64,000 bases of DNA from contig JBDIVQ010000004.1 in assembly GCA_039794345.1 (NCBI GenBank), positions 126-64,125 on the forward strand, written 5' to 3'. The notes under the pieces were generated by a model, which was given only the letters and a program-made list of their open reading frames with translations, made no database searches and was not told the DNA's origin. Every line of letters starts with the position of its first letter. Position 1 is the first letter of the stretch. This document shows positions 9,671 to 18,406 of the stretch, piece by piece. Source of the stretch: Phycisphaerae bacterium. GTDB taxonomy: Bacteria > Planctomycetota > Phycisphaerae > Phycisphaerales > UBA5793. Made by a program: the position numbers and the translations under genes.

Positions 9671-12615
9671 GGACCGGCTCCGACGGGAACCTCGTGCGCC
9701 GATGTCGCCTGGCCCGTCGGGCCTTCTGCGCGAGCACGCTGATCGAGCGCCGCGAGGATCTTTTCCGGCGTGATGGGCAGGTCCTTGATCCAGACGCCGG
9801 TGGCGTTCCGGATGGCGTGGGCCACGGCGCCCATGACCGGCAGCGTCGCGCCTTCGCCGATCTCCTTGGCGCCATAGGGGCCGTTGGGTTCGTAGGAGTC
9901 CACGATGCCGCTGAAGATCTCCGGCGCATCCTTGATCGTCATGATGAGGTAGCCGTGCAGGTTGGGATTGAGGATGCGGCCGCGCTCATCGAACTGCACA
10001 TCCTCCATGACGGCTTCACCCGCGCCCATCACGATCGCCCCCTCGACCTGGCCGTGCACCTGCTGCGGATTGATCGGCGTGCCGCAGTCGTGGGAGTCGG
10101 TGAAGCGCTCGAAGCGCACCTTGCCGGTTTCGAGATCGACGGTGAGTTCGCAGGCGCAGGTGCCGAAGGAGTAGGCGGGGCTGGTGCCGACGGTCGCGCC
10201 CTTGTAGTCGCCGCCGAGCCCGTCGGGCGGCTTGTAGCATCCGGTGGCGACGAGCGGGCCATGCTCGTTGAAGTACCGGCGCGCCGCCTCCGCCCACTCG
10301 ATGGTGCGTGACGGGTCGCCGGCCGCGAAACAGGCGCCGTCGCGGGCGCGAACATCCGCCTCGGCGCAGCCGAGCAGGCTCGCCGCGAAGGGTCGCAGTC
10401 GCTCAAGGAGCGCGGCTCCTGCGGCGGCGACGGCGTTGCCCGCCATCAGCGTCACCCGCGACGAGTAGGAGCCGAGATCGAGCGGGCTGATGTCGCTGTC
10501 TTCGCTCTTCATGTGAACCCGCTCGTGGGGAATGCCCATCGCCTCGGCGGCGATCTGGACGAGAATCGTGTCGCTGCCCTGGCCGATCTCCGCCGCGCCG
10601 ATCATGAGAAACGCCGCCATGCCGTCCTCGCTGACGCGGATCACGGCGTTGGCGTGGGGGAAGACGGACTTCTTCTGAAAGTGCTCCGGACCCTTCTCGT
10701 GCTGGGTCTGGACCTGCCCGCGGTAGATGCAGTAGCCCGCGCCGGAGACGAAGCCGCCGCTGGCGACGCCGATGCCCCGACCCGGCGGGAGGTGGCCGTA
10801 CTTCTCCCGCCAGTGCGACTCGCGCTCCACTTCGTCGATGGTGGCGCGGAACTCGCACGAGCCGATGTCGAGGTCGTTGACGGTGCGCGTCTGGGGAGTC
10901 ATGGCGTTTCGCCGGCGGATCTCCATCGGGTCGATGCCAAGGTCTTCCGCGACCATATTGAGGAGGCACTCGAAGGCGAAGCGAGGCTGGGGCACGCCGT
11001 GTCCGCGCATGGCGCCGCACGCGGGCTTGTTGGTCATCACCCGCAGGCCGTCGTAGCGGTAGTTGGGAATCTTGTAGAGGGTGGGGATCATGCTGCCGGC
11101 GTAATAGGCGGTCGCCACGCCGAAACTCGAGTACGCGCCGCCGTCGAGGTGAATCTCGCTTCTGAAGGCGGTGATGCGGCCCTCGGCATCGACGCCGAGT
11201 TTGAAGCGCATGTGCTGCTTGTGCCGGCCGCGGTAGTAGTGGAACATGTCCGAACGAGAGAAGACGAGGCGCACCGGCCGGCCGATCTTGCGGCTGAGCA
11301 CCGCGGAGCAGACTTCGAGCGGATTGGTCGCCGCCTTGACGCCGAACCCCCCGCCCACGCAGGGCCGAATCACGCGAACGCGTCCCAGCGGCATGCGAAA
11401 CACGTGCGCCAGCATGTACTGCACGTAGTGCGGCGCCTGCGTCGAACTGTAGAGCACGAGCCGGCCGTCATGCTCCCAGAACGCCACGGCGGCCTGCGGC
11501 TCCATGGGGCACTGGTAGACGAAGTTGCCCGTGAAGACCTCTTCGCGGACGTGGTGCGAGGCCGCGAAGGCCGCTTCAACGTCCCCGAAGTGGTGCGCCA
11601 CGTGCGTGTTGATGTTCCGCTCGTATCGGTCATGAACGAGCGGAGCGCCGGGCTTCACGGCTTCGAGAGCGTCGAGGACCGCGGGAAGTTCCTCGTACTC
11701 GACGTCGATGAGGCCCAGCGCCCGGCGCGCCGTCACCTCGTCCACCGCGGCGACGGCGGCGACGGGATCGCCCACGTGCCGGACCTTCGTCCGCGCCAGC
11801 ACCTCCTCGTCGTACCGCGCCGGTGAAACGCCGTAGGTGTTTTGCGGCACGTCGGCGCCGGTGATCACGGTGAGCACTCCGGGAAGCGCCTGCGCCCGGC
11901 TGGTGTCGATCCGCCGGATGAGGCCATGCGCGATCGGCGAGAAGAGAATCCCGCCGTGCACCATGTTGGGCAGGGCGATGTCGGCGGTGTAGACGGCGCG
12001 GCCGGTGACCTTGTCCGCTGCGTCCACACGGGGGACGGGCTTTCCGACCGAGCACAGCGCGTTCGTCGCAGCCGCGCCTGATCCGTTCGACGCGTGTCCG
12101 CCGGCGTGCGGCGCAGACCGGGCGGCGCCGGGCCCCCCGTTGGCGCACTGTTCGCAACGACCCGTGCAGCGTTCGACCGCGCGGAGAATCGCCCCATAGC
12201 CCGTGCAGCGGCAGAGGTTGCCCGACAGCGCGTGGAGGATCTCCGCGCGACTCGCATGCGGATGGTCGCGCAGAAGAGCCGTTGAGGAGAGGATCATGCC
12301 CGAGGTGCAGAATCCGCACTGGACGGCCCCCTCCTCGACGAAGGCGCGCTGGAGCGGCGTGAGTTCGCCTCCCGCTGCGAGTCCTTCGATGGTCGTGATC
12401 TCCCGCCCTTCGAGCGTGGCGGCGAGCAGAAGGCACGCGTTCATCGGGTTTCCGTCCACGAGCACGGTGCAGGCGCCGCAGTCGCCTTCGTCGCAGCCCT
12501 TCCTGGTGCCGGTCAGTCGCAGGGTGTCGCGAAGCACGTCAAGCAGGGTGGCGCCGGGTCCGATGGCGACGGGGCGCGCCTCGCCGTTGATGTGCAGTGT
12601 TCGCAGATCAGTCAT
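9667..12615 (-). CDS. Xanthine-dehydrogenase-family molybdenum hydroxylase, fused [2Fe-2S] small subunit and molybdopterin large subunit
   Basis: Start moved to ATG 12615 (MTDLRTLHINGE); the ORF-track N-extension overlaps the FAD-subunit gene. The CoxS-like domain has CDEGDCGACTV, CGFCTSG and CRCTGY. The CoxL/XdhB-like part has VGKPVPRVDAADKVTG, CVGGGFGVK, GAMRGHGVPQ and AKEIGEGATLP. 982 aa. Confidence 0.9.
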   Translation of the reverse strand: MTDLRTLHINGEARPVAIGPGATLLDVLRDTLRLTGTRKGCDEGDCGACTVLVDGNPMNACLLLAATLEGREITTIEGLAAGGELTPLQRAFVEEGAVQCGFCTSGMILSSTALLRDHPHASRAEILHALSGNLCRCTGYGAILRAVERCTGRCEQCANGGPGAARSAPHAGGHASNGSGAAATNALCSVGKPVPRVDAADKVTGRAVYTADIALPNMVHGGILFSPIAHGLIRRIDTSRAQALPGVLTVITGADVPQNTYGVSPARYDEEVLARTKVRHVGDPVAAVAAVDEVTARRALGLIDVEYEELPAVLDALEAVKPGAPLVHDRYERNINTHVAHHFGDVEAAFAASHHVREEVFTGNFVYQCPMEPQAAVAFWEHDGRLVLYSSTQAPHYVQYMLAHVFRMPLGRVRVIRPCVGGGFGVKAATNPLEVCSAVLSRKIGRPVRLVFSRSDMFHYYRGRHKQHMRFKLGVDAEGRITAFRSEIHLDGGAYSSFGVATAYYAGSMIPTLYKIPNYRYDGLRVMTNKPACGAMRGHGVPQPRFAFECLLNMVAEDLGIDPMEIRRRNAMTPQTRTVNDLDIGSCEFRATIDEVERESHWREKYGHLPPGRGIGVASGGFVSGAGYCIYRGQVQTQHEKGPEHFQKKSVFPHANAVIRVSEDGMAAFLMIGAAEIGQGSDTILVQIAAEAMGIPHERVHMKSEDSDISPLDLGSYSSRVTLMAGNAVAAAGAALLERLRPFAASLLGCAEADVRARDGACFAAGDPSRTIEWAEAARRYFNEHGPLVATGCYKPPDGLGGDYKGATVGTSPAYSFGTCACELTVDLETGKVRFERFTDSHDCGTPINPQQVHGQVEGAIVMGAGEAVMEDVQFDERGRILNPNLHGYLIMTIKDAPEIFSGIVDSYEPNGPYGAKEIGEGATLPVMGAVAHAIRNATGVWIKDLPITPEKILAALDQRARAEGPTGQATSAHEVPVGAGP

Positions 12616-13519
12616 GCGAAGCCTCCCGGGCGCGTTGGTGGGCGGCGCGGAGCGCGCGGCGCGTGAGGACGCCGACGAGCCGGCGGCGGAACGCGGCGCT
12701 GCCGCGCACGTCGGAGATCGGCTGGGCCGCCTCCATGGCGACTTCCGCCGCGCGGTCGATGCCTTCGTCGAGCCTCCGGCCGCACAGGACCGGCTCGGCA
12801 TCGCGCACCGGCAGCGGGACGGGGGCGACGGCGCCGAGCATGATCCTCGCCGCCGTGATTGAGTCGTTCCGGCCGAGCGTGAGCGACGCCGCGACTGACG
12901 CCACGGCGATCGAGTTGCCCTCGCGCAGCGCGAATCGTTCGTAGGCCGCTCCGAAGCGCGGTCGGGGCGCCGGAACCAGAATGGCGACGAGAAGTTCCTC
13001 CTCGCGGCGGATCGTCTGCCGCGGGCCGATGAAGAACTCCGTCAGCGCCACGCGCCGCGAGCCGCCCGGCGACCAGAGCACCAGCGCGGCGTCGAGAACG
13101 CCGAGCACCGGGGGAAGATCGGCGCAGGGCACCGCCGAGGCGATGTTCCCCCCGATCGTCGCCAGGTGGCGCACCTGCGGAGAGGCCATCTGCCGCGCCG
13201 CCTCGCGCAGTGCGACGAACGGGCCGCCGATCAGCGGCGAGCGCTCGATCTCCGCGATGGTCGTCATCGCGCCGATGCGCAGACCGGATTGGTTCTCGAT
13301 GCCGCGCAGCGACTCGATGCGGTTGAGCGAGACGAGGTGTTCGGCGCTGGTGCGGGCGGACTTGAGATCGACGATCAGGTCTGTGCCGCCGGCGAGGAGC
13401 CGGGCACGTCCGGGGAAGCGTGCCAGCAGGTCAGCCGCCTGGGCCAGGTCGGTGGGTTCGTGAAGTTCACCGGTGATCATCACGGCCTCGTGGAGAGGAA
13501 TCAGTCGGACACGTGTCAA
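12608..13519 (-). CDS. FAD-binding medium subunit of the molybdenum hydroxylase (CoxM/XdhB-like)
   Basis: 303 aa with LLAGGTDLIVDLK and ATIGGNIASA. Its stop overlaps the next start (ATGACTGA). The start is 13519 or the Met at 13480. Only two Cys and no Cys-rich insertion. Confidence 0.85.
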   Translation of the reverse strand: MTRVRLIPLHEAVMITGELHEPTDLAQAADLLARFPGRARLLAGGTDLIVDLKSARTSAEHLVSLNRIESLRGIENQSGLRIGAMTTIAEIERSPLIGGPFVALREAARQMASPQVRHLATIGGNIASAVPCADLPPVLGVLDAALVLWSPGGSRRVALTEFFIGPRQTIRREEELLVAILVPAPRPRFGAAYERFALREGNSIAVASVAASLTLGRNDSITAARIMLGAVAPVPLPVRDAEPVLCGRRLDEGIDRAAEVAMEAAQPISDVRGSAAFRRRLVGVLTRRALRAAHQRAREASHD

Positions 13520-14348
13520 GCGCCTGGTGGGGGGCCGGCGTGCGGTCCGCGGCCGGTGCGCGCGCGGGGCGTCTCGCCGACTGGCCGAGCGTGCCGAGCA
13601 GCCCGGCGAGGAACTGGGCGAAGACCTGCTGGGCCAGGCTGGCGGGCGAGCGGTCGCGCCCGGGGTCGTACCACCGGTAGATCCAGTTGAGCGTCCCGAA
13701 GAGGCTCATGGTGGCGACGCTCTCGTCGAGGCCGCCGCGTCCCGAGAGATCCACGCGCGGGTCGGCGCCGCGGGCGCCGCCGGAAGCCCGCTCCTGCGCG
13801 ATGAGGCGTGCGACGATGTCGCGCGCCAGGTCGTAATACTGCCGGCGGACGCGGCGCACCTGTTCGTACGCCTCGCCGGTGAGCGAGTCGAGTTCGTGGG
13901 AGCAGACCTTGAGCGTGGCCATGTCGCTCGCCACGTACTGGACGTGCGTGAGGATGAGCAGGCGAAGTTGCTCGACGGGGTCGCTCACGCCGCTGATCTT
14001 CGCGGTCACCTCGGTGAGCAGGCCGGAGAAGGCCCGGAACTGGATCAGGAAGAGCAGGCGCTCCTTGCTGTCCACGTAGTGGTACATTCCGGCGAGGCCG
14101 ACGCCCGGGCCGCCGGGGCCTTCGCGAGCGATCTGGCGCATCGTGGCCTTGTGGTAGCCGTCGCGCGCGAAGGCTTCGGTAGCGGCGGCGACGATGCGGT
14201 CGAGGCGCGCCGAGGCGCCGTGCCGCTCGGGGTCGGCGCGCCGGGCGGCGCCGGCGGCCCGGGAGAGTGTCCGGCGAGGAGGGGTCCGAGGCGCGGGTTC
14301 CCGCTGACGGCCGCTTCCGAACGGGTGTTCGACTTTTCGGTGCTTCAT
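13467..14348 (-). CDS. TetR-family transcriptional regulator
   Basis: HTH RIVAAATEAFARDGYHKATMRQIA, then MYHYVDSKERLLFLI. Start set to ATG 14348 (MKHRKVE) because the 14349..14411 extension covers an AT-rich promoter-like box. The 3' end overlaps the FAD-subunit gene. Confidence 0.8.
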   Translation of the reverse strand: MKHRKVEHPFGSGRQREPAPRTPPRRTLSRAAGAARRADPERHGASARLDRIVAAATEAFARDGYHKATMRQIAREGPGGPGVGLAGMYHYVDSKERLLFLIQFRAFSGLLTEVTAKISGVSDPVEQLRLLILTHVQYVASDMATLKVCSHELDSLTGEAYEQVRRVRRQYYDLARDIVARLIAQERASGGARGADPRVDLSGRGGLDESVATMSLFGTLNWIYRWYDPGRDRSPASLAQQVFAQFLAGLLGTLGQSARRPARAPAADRTPAPHQALDTCPTDSSPRGRDDHR

Positions 14349-14390
14349 GGCGCGAGGAGTTCTGCGGGCTGGCTTGGGGGAGGCGGGGCC

Positions 14391-14419
14391 TTGACTGGAG
14401 TTTGGGATCACTATATCCT
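14391..14419 (+). promoter_or_regulatory. Candidate sigma70-type promoter of the 20-kb catabolic operon
   Basis: TTGACT (14391-14396), N17, TATCCT (14414-14419). It lies in the only AT-rich patch of the divergent intergenic region, about 140 nt upstream of ATG 14557. Pattern match only. Confidence 0.3.
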
Positions 14420-14495
14420 ATTCGTGGCGGCGGGCAAGGCCTTGTCCTGATCGGCTCCATCCTCACCTTCCTCCGTTCGCCGCGCGCCGACTCGT

Positions 14496-14509
14496 CGAAC
14501 GCGCGTTCG
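14496..14509. promoter_or_regulatory. Perfect 14-bp palindrome, candidate TetR operator
   Basis: CGAACGCGCGTTCG lies between the putative promoter and the first operon gene, next to the divergent TetR gene. Confidence 0.35.
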
Positions 14510-14556
14510 GAAACCTGATCGTCCCGAAGCCATTCCCCTCGACACGGAGTTGAACC

Positions 14557-15726
14557 ATGAGCCAGTTCCCGACACGAGAGCCCGCATCCCTCGGCCTGCG
14601 CGAAGTGCAGTACTCCAAGGGCGACTGGATCGCCCGAATCTCAATCAACCGTCCCTTCAACTTCAACGCCTACAGCACCCCGGCGCTTCAGGAACTGGCG
14701 GCGGCCTTTGAAGACGCGAGCCGGGACGACCGCGTCGCCGTCGTGGTCTTCACCGGAGTCGGACATGACGCCTTCTGCACGGGCGGCGACGTCAAGGAGT
14801 ACCAGAAGTCCTACACGCAGCGCCCGCGCGACTACTGGAAGTACATGTCCTGCTTCAAGGCCTACATCGAATCGATCATGAACTGCTCCAAGCCGGTGAT
14901 TGCGCGGCTCAACGGCATGGCGGTCGGCGGCGGCAACGAGAGCCAACTCGCCTGCGACCTCGCCGTCATGGGCGAACACACCTTCGTGGCGCAAGTCGGA
15001 ACGAGCGTCGGTTCGGTCGCCTGCGGCGGCTCGACGCAGTGGCTCTCCGTCCACGCCGGCGATCGCCGCGCCCGCGGCATCCTCTTCCTCAACCAGCGCT
15101 ACCCCGCCTTCACCGCGCTCTCGCTCGGACTCGTCAACGCCGTCGTCCCGACGGTCAAAGGACCGGACGGACAGTTCGTCACCCGCTTCACGCAGGGCCG
15201 GGCTTTCCTCGCCGACTGGAACACCGACGCCTGGGAGAACCCCTTCGAACGCCGGGCGACCGCCGAAGACATCCGCAGGGCGCTCAAAGGAGCCGACGGC
15301 TACTCCATCGACCTGCGCCCGCTCGATGAGACGGTCAACAACCTCTGCGGCCAGATCATCAACAAGTTCGCCGAGTGCACGCGCTACACCAAGGCTCAGG
15401 TGAACTTCTGGAAGGACCTGGCCTGGCACGCAACCGCCGGGCACGCCCGCGACTGGCTCTCTATCCACTACACCAGCCTCGAGCCCTACGAGGGCATGAC
15501 CGCCTTCGTCGAGAAGCGCAAGGCGGACTACGTCGGCATGCGGGAGCGCGCCGCCGACCCCGACGGTTCGAGCGAGTTTCTCTGGGGCCCGTATGCCCTC
15601 GAGTGCCGCTCATGCGGCGCGAAGGGGCTTCCCGCGTTCTTTGACCACTGCGGCAAGTGCGGCGCCCCGCTGGAAGAGGCGCCGCCGAGCGGCGCCCCGG
15701 CGGAGCCGGCCGCGGCGAAGCGTTGA
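14557..15726 (+). CDS. MenB/BadI-subgroup crotonase, 6-oxocyclohex-1-ene-1-carbonyl-CoA hydrolase (Oah/BamA/BzdY)-like, with C-terminal zinc-ribbon-like knuckle
   Basis: 389 aa with DAFCTGGDVKEY, KPVIARLNGMAVGGGNE and AQVGTSVGSV. The length and the NFNAYSTP motif resemble the ~380-aa ring-opening hydrolases rather than the 260-aa MenB/BadI. The tail carries CRSCG-x11-CGKCG. Confidence 0.7.
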   Translation: MSQFPTREPASLGLREVQYSKGDWIARISINRPFNFNAYSTPALQELAAAFEDASRDDRVAVVVFTGVGHDAFCTGGDVKEYQKSYTQRPRDYWKYMSCFKAYIESIMNCSKPVIARLNGMAVGGGNESQLACDLAVMGEHTFVAQVGTSVGSVACGGSTQWLSVHAGDRRARGILFLNQRYPAFTALSLGLVNAVVPTVKGPDGQFVTRFTQGRAFLADWNTDAWENPFERRATAEDIRRALKGADGYSIDLRPLDETVNNLCGQIINKFAECTRYTKAQVNFWKDLAWHATAGHARDWLSIHYTSLEPYEGMTAFVEKRKADYVGMRERAADPDGSSEFLWGPYALECRSCGAKGLPAFFDHCGKCGAPLEEAPPSGAPAEPAAAKR

Positions 15727-15801
15727 CCGGTTCGAGGGCTTTGGGCGGCGGGGGCAGCGCGGCCTCCGGGAGTTCGTGGTGCAGCGCATCGGACGATTGA
15801 C

Positions 15802-16551
15802 ATGAACCAGGTGCGGCGAGCATTGGTGACCGGAGGGAGCAGCGGCATCGGCCGGTGCATCGCCGAGACCCTCGCCCGGCGCTGCGGCCGCGTCGGCATC
15901 CTCCACCTCGACTCGCCGGAGCAGGGACACGCGGTTGCGCGCGAGATCGAATCGCGCTCGGAGGGCGCGGCCGAGGCGTGGGCCCGGCGCTGCGACGTCG
16001 CCGACTCCGGCGCCGTCGCCGGCGCGTTCGCGGAGTTCCTCGAGCGTTTCGGCGGGCTGGAGATTCTCGTGAACGCCGCCGGCCTCTTCCGCGACACGGT
16101 CATCTGGAAGATGACCGACGCGCAGTGGCGCACCGTGATCGAGGTCAACCTGACGGGTGCGTTCAACTGCGCCCGCGCCGCGGCGCCGGCGCTGCGCGAC
16201 GGCGGGTGGGGCGCGATTGTCAACATCACGAGCATCAACGGCCTTCGGGGCAAGTTCGGGCAGTGCAACTACGCCGCGTCCAAAGCAGGGCTCATCGGGC
16301 TGACCAAGTCCCTGGCGCGCGAACTGGCCAGGTTCAACGTCACCGTCAACGCCGTCGCGCCGGGGATGATCGACACCCCGGCCACCGCAGCGCTCCCCGC
16401 CGATGTCCGCGAACGCTCCGTCGAGGAGATTCTCCTCGGCCGCATCGGCCGGCCGCAGGACGTCGCCGACCTCGTCGCCTTTCTCTGCTCCGACGAGGCT
16501 CGCTTCATCACCGGAGAAGTCATTCGAGTGGACGGAGGGCAGTACCTGTGA
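15802..16551 (+). CDS. Short-chain dehydrogenase/reductase (FabG/BadH-like 3-oxo/2-hydroxyacyl-CoA or -ACP oxidoreductase)
   Basis: 249 aa with VTGGSSGIGRCIA, NAAG and YAASKAG (YxxxK). Confidence 0.85.
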   Translation: MNQVRRALVTGGSSGIGRCIAETLARRCGRVGILHLDSPEQGHAVAREIESRSEGAAEAWARRCDVADSGAVAGAFAEFLERFGGLEILVNAAGLFRDTVIWKMTDAQWRTVIEVNLTGAFNCARAAAPALRDGGWGAIVNITSINGLRGKFGQCNYAASKAGLIGLTKSLARELARFNVTVNAVAPGMIDTPATAALPADVRERSVEEILLGRIGRPQDVADLVAFLCSDEARFITGEVIRVDGGQYL

Positions 16552-17345
16552 CACGCAACCCGAGACCGCAGACGGCGTCGAGCGGCGAGTTCATCCGGCT
16601 CGCCGAGGCCGAGGGAATCCTGACGATCACCCTCGATCGCCCGCCTCTCAACGTCCTCAACCTCGCGATGCTCGGCGAGATGGTCGGGGCGCTCCAGTCG
16701 GCCGTGGCCGACGAGTCGCTCGCCGCCATCGTCTTCCGGGCGGCGGGCAAGTCGTTCAGCGCGGGCGTGGACGTGGCGGACCACGCCGCCGACAAAGTGG
16801 ACGCGATGATCGAGACCTTTCATCGCGTGTTTCGTCTTCTCCTCTCGACCGATGCGCTGACCATCGCGGCCGTGCAGGGCGCGGCGCTGGGGGGCGCGTG
16901 CGAACTCGCCTGCTTCTGCGACGTGGTGCTCGCTTCGGAACGTGCGAAGTTCGGTCAGCCGGAGGTGAAGGTCGGCGTTTTTCCGCCCGTGGCGGCGACG
17001 ATCCTCCCTTGGCGCGTGGGCGTCGGCCGGGCGGTCGAGATCAACGCGCTCGGTGAGACGATCGGCGCGGCCGAGGCGCACCGCATCGGGCTGGCGTCGC
17101 GCCTCTTCGCGGCGGAGGAGTTCGAGGCGAAGGTCGGCGAGTACCTGGCCGCCGTCGGACGCCTTTCGCGGCCGGTCGTGCGGCTCGCCAAGCGAGCGAC
17201 GGTCGATCCCTTCCGCGCCGACCTGCTGGCGCACCTCGAACACGCCGAGCGAATCTACCTTGGCCAACTCATGAATCTCAGAGACGCGCACGAAGGCCTC
17301 TCGGCCTTTCTCGACCGGCGCGCGCCGGTCTGGGCGCACGCATAG
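16548..17345 (+). CDS. Enoyl-CoA hydratase, cyclohexa-1,5-dienecarbonyl-CoA hydratase (Dch/BzdW)-like
   Basis: GTG 16548 overlaps the SDR stop (GTGA). 265 aa. LTITLDRPPLNVLN, GKSFSAGVDVADH, AAVQGAALGGACELA and FGQPEVKVGVFPPVAA match my recollection of the dienoyl-CoA hydratase subgroup. Confidence 0.75.
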   Translation: MTRNPRPQTASSGEFIRLAEAEGILTITLDRPPLNVLNLAMLGEMVGALQSAVADESLAAIVFRAAGKSFSAGVDVADHAADKVDAMIETFHRVFRLLLSTDALTIAAVQGAALGGACELACFCDVVLASERAKFGQPEVKVGVFPPVAATILPWRVGVGRAVEINALGETIGAAEAHRIGLASRLFAAEEFEAKVGEYLAAVGRLSRPVVRLAKRATVDPFRADLLAHLEHAERIYLGQLMNLRDAHEGLSAFLDRRAPVWAHA

Positions 17346-17371
17346 CGGCAAAGCGCAGGATGGAGCAAGCC

Positions 17372-18394
17372 ATGAAAGCGGCAGTGTTTCACGGGCCGGA
17401 GCGCGGGATGGTCGTGGAGGAAGTGCCGGTCCCGACGGTCAAGCCGGGCGAAGCACTCATCAAAGTCGCGGCGTGCGGCGCATGCCACACCGACCTTCAC
17501 TACATCGAGCACGGCGTGCCGACCTTCAAAAAGCCGCCGATCATCCTCGGCCATGAGGCGTCGGGCGTGGTGGCGGAGATCGGCGTCGGCGTGATGAACG
17601 TCAGGCCGGGGCAGCGCGTGCTCATTCCCGCCGTGCTCACCTGCGGGCGGTGCGTCGCCTGCCGTCAGGGCCGCGAGAACATCTGCGCCGAGATGAAGAT
17701 GCTCGGCAACCACTTCGACGGCGCCTACGCGGAGTACGTCGCCGTCCCCGCTAAAGACCTGCTCGACCTGCCCGAGTCGATTCCCCTGGCGGAGGCGTCC
17801 ATCATCGCCGATGCGCTTTCGACGCCCTTCCATGCGGTGAAGAACCGCGCGCGGGTGCAGCCGGGCGATCGTGTCGTGGTCTTCGGCTGCGGCGGCGTGG
17901 GCATCAACGCCGTGCAGCTCGCCGCGCTCTGCGGCGCCCACGTCATCGCCGTGGATGTGAACGAGCGCAAACTGGAGTGGGCGAAGCAGTTCGGCGCCGC
18001 CGCCGTCATCAACGGCTCCAAGGTCGAGCGCGTCAGCAAAGAGGTGAAGAAACTCACCGACGGCGGGGCCGACATCGTCCTCGAAGTCATCGGCAATCCC
18101 AAGACGTTCGAAGAGGCGTTCGAGTGCGTGCGCGTCGGCGGGCGCCTCGTCGCGGTCGGCTATACCCACGAGGCGGCGGCGATCGTGCCCGGCAAGATCA
18201 TGTTCAAGGAACTCGAAGTCGTCGGCTCGCTCGGCTGCCGGCCCGTTGACTATCTGCCGCTCATCCGCCTTGTGGCGCAAGGCCGCATCGACCTCAAGAA
18301 GATCGTGACCCATCGCTTCCCGCTTGCCGAGATTCGCAGCGCGTTCGAGGTCATGCACGCGGGCGAATCTCTGCGATCCATCGTCGTTCCCTGA
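17372..18394 (+). CDS. Zn-dependent medium-chain alcohol dehydrogenase, 6-hydroxycyclohex-1-ene-1-carbonyl-CoA dehydrogenase (Had/BzdX)-like
   Basis: MKAAVFHGP start with GGAG 6 nt upstream; the ORF track starts 12 nt earlier. Catalytic Zn site CGACHTDLH and GHEASGVV. Structural Zn site CGRCVACRQGRENIC. Rossmann motif VFGCGGVG. Confidence 0.85.
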   Translation: MKAAVFHGPERGMVVEEVPVPTVKPGEALIKVAACGACHTDLHYIEHGVPTFKKPPIILGHEASGVVAEIGVGVMNVRPGQRVLIPAVLTCGRCVACRQGRENICAEMKMLGNHFDGAYAEYVAVPAKDLLDLPESIPLAEASIIADALSTPFHAVKNRARVQPGDRVVVFGCGGVGINAVQLAALCGAHVIAVDVNERKLEWAKQFGAAAVINGSKVERVSKEVKKLTDGGADIVLEVIGNPKTFEEAFECVRVGGRLVAVGYTHEAAAIVPGKIMFKELEVVGSLGCRPVDYLPLIRLVAQGRIDLKKIVTHRFPLAEIRSAFEVMHAGESLRSIVVP

Positions 18395-18406
18395 ACGGAG
18401 CCGGTC

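Noticed and set aside
12616-12801. N-terminal extensions in the ORF track. The same issue occurs at 14349..14411, 36067..36327, 38600..38839, 41434..42210, 46081..46221, 47049..47132, 53323..53487 and 60803..61012.
   Set aside because: The extensions overlap upstream genes or promoter-like DNA and have Arg/Pro/Ala-rich composition. Downstream in-frame starts have Shine-Dalgarno-like sequences or ATGA/GTGA coupling and give canonical N-termini.
9667-13519. Assigning the Mo enzyme as 4-hydroxybenzoyl-CoA reductase (HcrABC/HbaBCD) because of the benzoyl-CoA context
   Set aside because: The characterised enzyme has a Cys-rich [4Fe-4S] insertion in the FAD subunit as I recall it. This FAD subunit has only two Cys and no insertion, and the small and large subunits are fused. 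The call is kept generic; a phylogeny would be needed.
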